The notes under the pieces: model-generated
What the model was told of the DNA's origin: nothing
The model's database searches: none
What the model saw: the letters and a program-made list of their open reading frames with translations, nothing else
Translations under genes and position numbers: made by a program
Assembly (NCBI RefSeq): GCF_902459465.1
Contig: NC_047079.1
Span: 6,386,001 to 6,450,000 of the forward strand
Source of the DNA: Asterias rubens
Lineage: Eukaryota
DNA length: 64,000 nucleotides
Direction: 5' to 3'
Shown: positions 61,201-64,000 of the stretch, in pieces
Numbering within the stretch: the stretch's first letter is position 1
How the letters are laid out: the number at the start of each line of letters is the position of its first letter

Positions 61201-63800
61201 ACATCTGTTCTCAAAAATTTGTCTTTTTTCATCCCAAAATAAAAGAAAATTTGAAACAAAATAATCTTCAAAGTTCAGACCAAGAAGAATTAAAACTTTA
61301 ATTTATTGTCGCAAACCGTTTTTTTTTCTTTCCTTGTAGGTCTGGTACCTTGAAACCAAGCCAGATGACAACACAGAATCTAAGCTTTGCGGTCTCTGAC
61401 TGTTTCTGGAAAATGGTTCAAGATTCCGTCACGCAGCAAGCTGATATTTACAAAGGTATAACAGGACATTAAAAATAGACCAGAATATCTCACAGAATAT
61501 ATCTTTATTAGTGCAACCTTTTCCAATCTCTTCCGTGGCCTACACTGTCTATATTTTCCAGTTACTGTTTTCAGTAGGATGCAATTCGTCCGCAGAGTAT
61601 ATAAGCATCAACAGAAATTCTAAATCTTCAGAATCTATTCATGAAGAGTCTAGCTTTAAATTGCCGTATCTTGATTGAAAGAACATGGAGGCTCAGTAAT
61701 GTTTCTTTTATATTTCTCAGCTTCTAGGTTTAATTTGGAAACGGAATGGAAGAACAACTTCTCCAGGCTACGAGAATTGGACCGGGTATGTCTGAACTCA
61801 AGTTTATAACAAATTTTTAATTTTATTTGACAAAATCAAAACTCTCCTTACAAATTATCGCATAGACTTGTATAGATTCCTAATTTACTTTTGAAATTTT
61901 TCTACTTTTTAGGATGAGTTATTTGAGAAAGCCAAAGGGGAAATTCTTGACGAGGTTTTATGTCTTAGTGAGATTCCCCCCAAGAGATGGTAAGTCACTT
62001 TCAGAGCTGTGTATTGAGGTAGTTGTGAGAACTTGCGATTTGAAGCCATTTTCTGTCCCCCCAAAAAAACACATGAGTGTGCAAAGGGTGCCAGCCTTTA
62101 CTTCATAAAGGATTGTGCTGCATTTGAAAAAAAAAAATGGCAAACAGCAAACATGTGACCAAAGAAAACTGGTCCCTCCATCTCGCAACAATCTCAATAC
62201 ACAGTTCTGGTCATTCTCAACCGAAACCATATTGGAGATTACAGACTCAATCCTGCTCTAATCAACAAAGACAAATTGTCATCGGCTCATAAAGCTGGGC
62301 GTCGCAGGTTAAAAATCCCACTCTAGTCAATTTCTTTCTTCAACTCAAATAGAGAACATAAATTATAACAAACTCATCTATTTTTGTTTTGGGTCTTTTT
62401 TATTTCTAGGGAAGAGGCTTTATCCAGGGTGCTTTGGGAGCGGATGTCTGGCTACGTCTTTGAAAATATATTCCTTCCAGCAGCCCAGTCCCCGGATGCT
62501 GGGTAAGTGGAAAATAATCAATAATCGATAGTCAATAGCCAGTAATGTATTGGGCAATAATAGCGTGGGGAAGTGGTCTTCACTATGTAGTAATGACTAG
62601 GCTGGTGGCTAGCCGCTGTTGAAGGACCGAGCTGAAGGCACCAACTAAAAGCCATAACCACACAGTGAAGACCGGGTCATCACACTGTTATTGCCATTTA
62701 TCGTTTTATATTAATTGTTTCTTGAAGAATTTTAACGTTTTTTTTGGTTCGGTATTTGTTTTGTATTTGCCATTATTGTGATGTTGTCATGCGATTTGTC
62801 CGCCCGGTTACTGTGTGATAATGTTGATAAAATATACCTATATTGACACAATTTCATGGACGCGCATTGCACTAATACACCTACCTATCCTGTCCGTCAT
62901 TTCGGGAGTCAAATTGTCTACAAAGGAATTGAACCCCAAAATGGTTGAAATGGTAGTTGCACATCTTGTGGAGGTGTGTCTGCTGAGTGCAAGAAAACAA
63001 TGCATATTATAGTTTGTCATCAGCTTTGAGTTTTGAAGACTTTTTGTTGTTGTTGTGACGAACAGGACTTTCAACACAACAGTCGACATCAAGCTGAGGC
63101 ATTGGGCCGACCAACAACTCCCAAAGAAAAGTGTTGAGGTAAGTATTCGTGTGACATGAGGCAGTTTAAAGATGCTATGTCAGATTTTTGGCCGATTTGA
63201 CCCAATATATCACGTGACCAATTCTTTTTGTGTTTTATAAGAAACGTTTTAATTTTTTTGTCATGGTTCCTGACCATTAAAAGTAAAAGTTAAACTTTTT
63301 TTTCGTTAGAGCGGATGATACTCTTCGAAACACCATTCACTCAAAAAAATCTATTTTTTAATGTTTGGGGCCAAAAATCTGACATAGCATCTTTAACCAT
63401 TGATAGACCATAGCGGTCGGAAATGAATATGGCTTAAACCGAAATGCTTAGATTGATCTCAAAATGCTGTCAGTTTGAATTGCAAAGCAAATGGTGATGT
63501 CACAACACAAATGGTGATATGACAGCTTTGTATTTTGTGAAATCCATCCCTGTTTACTTACGACATTCTCAGTGAAATATTTTAGCAATTTACAGAAGGA
63601 AGGGCTAAATAACTTAAACGATTCAATTCCGATTGTTTTGTTAGGTTGCCCTGGAGACTCTCGTTGATGAGTTTTCAAAGCTGGTGGACAAGGACAGGTC
63701 AAAGAGCAACCACGACACTCTCTTTGACGACGTCAAGTCGGCCGTCAAACAAGAAGGGATCAACCGACACAAATGGCAAGAGCAGGCTGCTGATAGCTTG
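52283..63800 (+). CDS. OPA1: Mitochondrial dynamin-like GTPase OPA1, 5' part; gene continues past the right edge
   Basis: Exons: 52283-52311, 52820-53141, 53462-53660, 54530-54595, 55339-55427, 55581-55634, 55944-56048, 56408-56494, 56728-56804, 57411-57528, 58074-58148, 58691-58762, 59476-59575, 60031-60161, 60612-60684, 60814-60886, 61340-61455, 61721-61785, 61913-61989, 62410-62502, 63066-63138, 63645-63800. Basic presequence, TM segment [15 protein letters not shown]-loop [28 protein letters not shown] and [17 protein letters not shown]. Confidence 0.97.
52365..52406 (+). repeat. Poly-G tract with G-quadruplex potential in OPA1 intron 1
   Basis: GGGGAGTGGGGAGT followed by G28 at 52379-52406. 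Confidence 0.85.
53921..54282. mobile_element. TTAA-type foldback MITE, family B
   Basis: TTAAAGG...CCTTTAA ends; near-palindrome over most of its length, centred on TCTCA|TGAGA at 54105/54106. Confidence 0.85.
56541..56626 (+). ncRNA. Candidate intronic box C/D snoRNA-like element
   Basis: Box C ATGATGA 56551-56557, CTGA 56567-56570 (D'), box D CTGA 56611-56614, terminal stem TTTATGTCTG/CAGAAATAAA (9 of 10 pairs). Sense strand, in an OPA1 intron. No target recognised. Confidence 0.3.
57600..57928. mobile_element. TTAA-type MITE, family A
   Basis: TTAAAGGCACTGGG...CGTGTCCAGTGCCTTTAA; internal sequence matches 2384-2772. Confidence 0.85.
58247..58492. mobile_element. MITE family F (GGGCCCAATTTCAT-AGCTG-TTAAGCA termini)
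   Basis: Abundant family; approximate other copies at 3964-4158, 12605-12690, 21283-21484, 28370-28531, 29098-29272, 29909-30088 and 36434-36610. Confidence 0.8.
60339..60488. mobile_element. MITE family D
   Basis: Same TIRs and core as 31075-31223. Confidence 0.85.
60956..61230 (+). repeat. tRNA-derived repeat related to 15595-15850
   Basis: ATAGGGAG..ACATTAGGGCTAGACAGCTCAGTTTGTAGAGTGCCGGCAC at about 61122-61190, plus the shared CAGTCAGTTT...TTGTGGTT segment at 60956. Confidence 0.65.
63166..63396. mobile_element. TTAA-type MITE, family C, inverted with internal deletion
   Basis: Same TIRs as 10444-10819, about 145 bp shorter. Confidence 0.9.
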
Positions 63801-64000
63801 GTAGGTCTTAAATATCGGTTGGTCTAATTTTAGTTCCCTCAATCCATTAAAGCGAAAGTAGTAGTCCCGGCAAATTTTCTACCTTCTGCCCAGGTAGTAG
63901 TTAAAAAGCAGGACCGTTCTTTTCAGAATTCTGAAAATCTACATAAGATTTTGCTTTGTAATTCAAGGTTTTGCTTAGTAAATCAAGTTTTTGCTTAGTA

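Overview
This is an intron-rich animal genomic window, AT-rich outside the exons. It is probably an invertebrate deuterostome such as an echinoderm (sea star); this is inferred from protein similarity, intron positions and gene neighbourhood. I reconstructed six spliced protein-coding genes by hand, checking GT-AG boundaries and codon phase at every junction: UBE4B (minus, 5' part, runs off the left edge), MANBA (plus, complete, 892 aa), an LPP/zyxin-family LIM gene (plus, complete, 468 aa), an SLC45A1/A4-like transporter (plus, complete, 628 aa), PEX10 (minus, complete, 301 aa) and OPA1 (plus, 5' part, runs off the right edge). UBE4B/MANBA and PEX10/OPA1 are tight head-to-head pairs, and SLC45/PEX10 are convergent. 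Introns are packed with MITEs (TTAA-flanked Kolobok/T2-like and Harbinger-like), tRNA-derived SINEs and LINE 3' remnants. The most interesting non-coding signals are: (i) minimal hammerhead-ribozyme motifs of the Penelope-like/retrozyme type, one with an intact core in MANBA intron 15 and a second family sharing a U4-to-A core change; (ii) a back-to-back pair of tRNA-like Pol III units next to the intact hammerhead, with a circularly permuted relative in an OPA1 intron; (iii) a C/D-box snoRNA-like element in an OPA1 intron. I see no transposase ORF, CRISPR array or rRNA, and nothing I can prove is a wholly new system. All protein identities come from recognition of family motifs, not from a database search.
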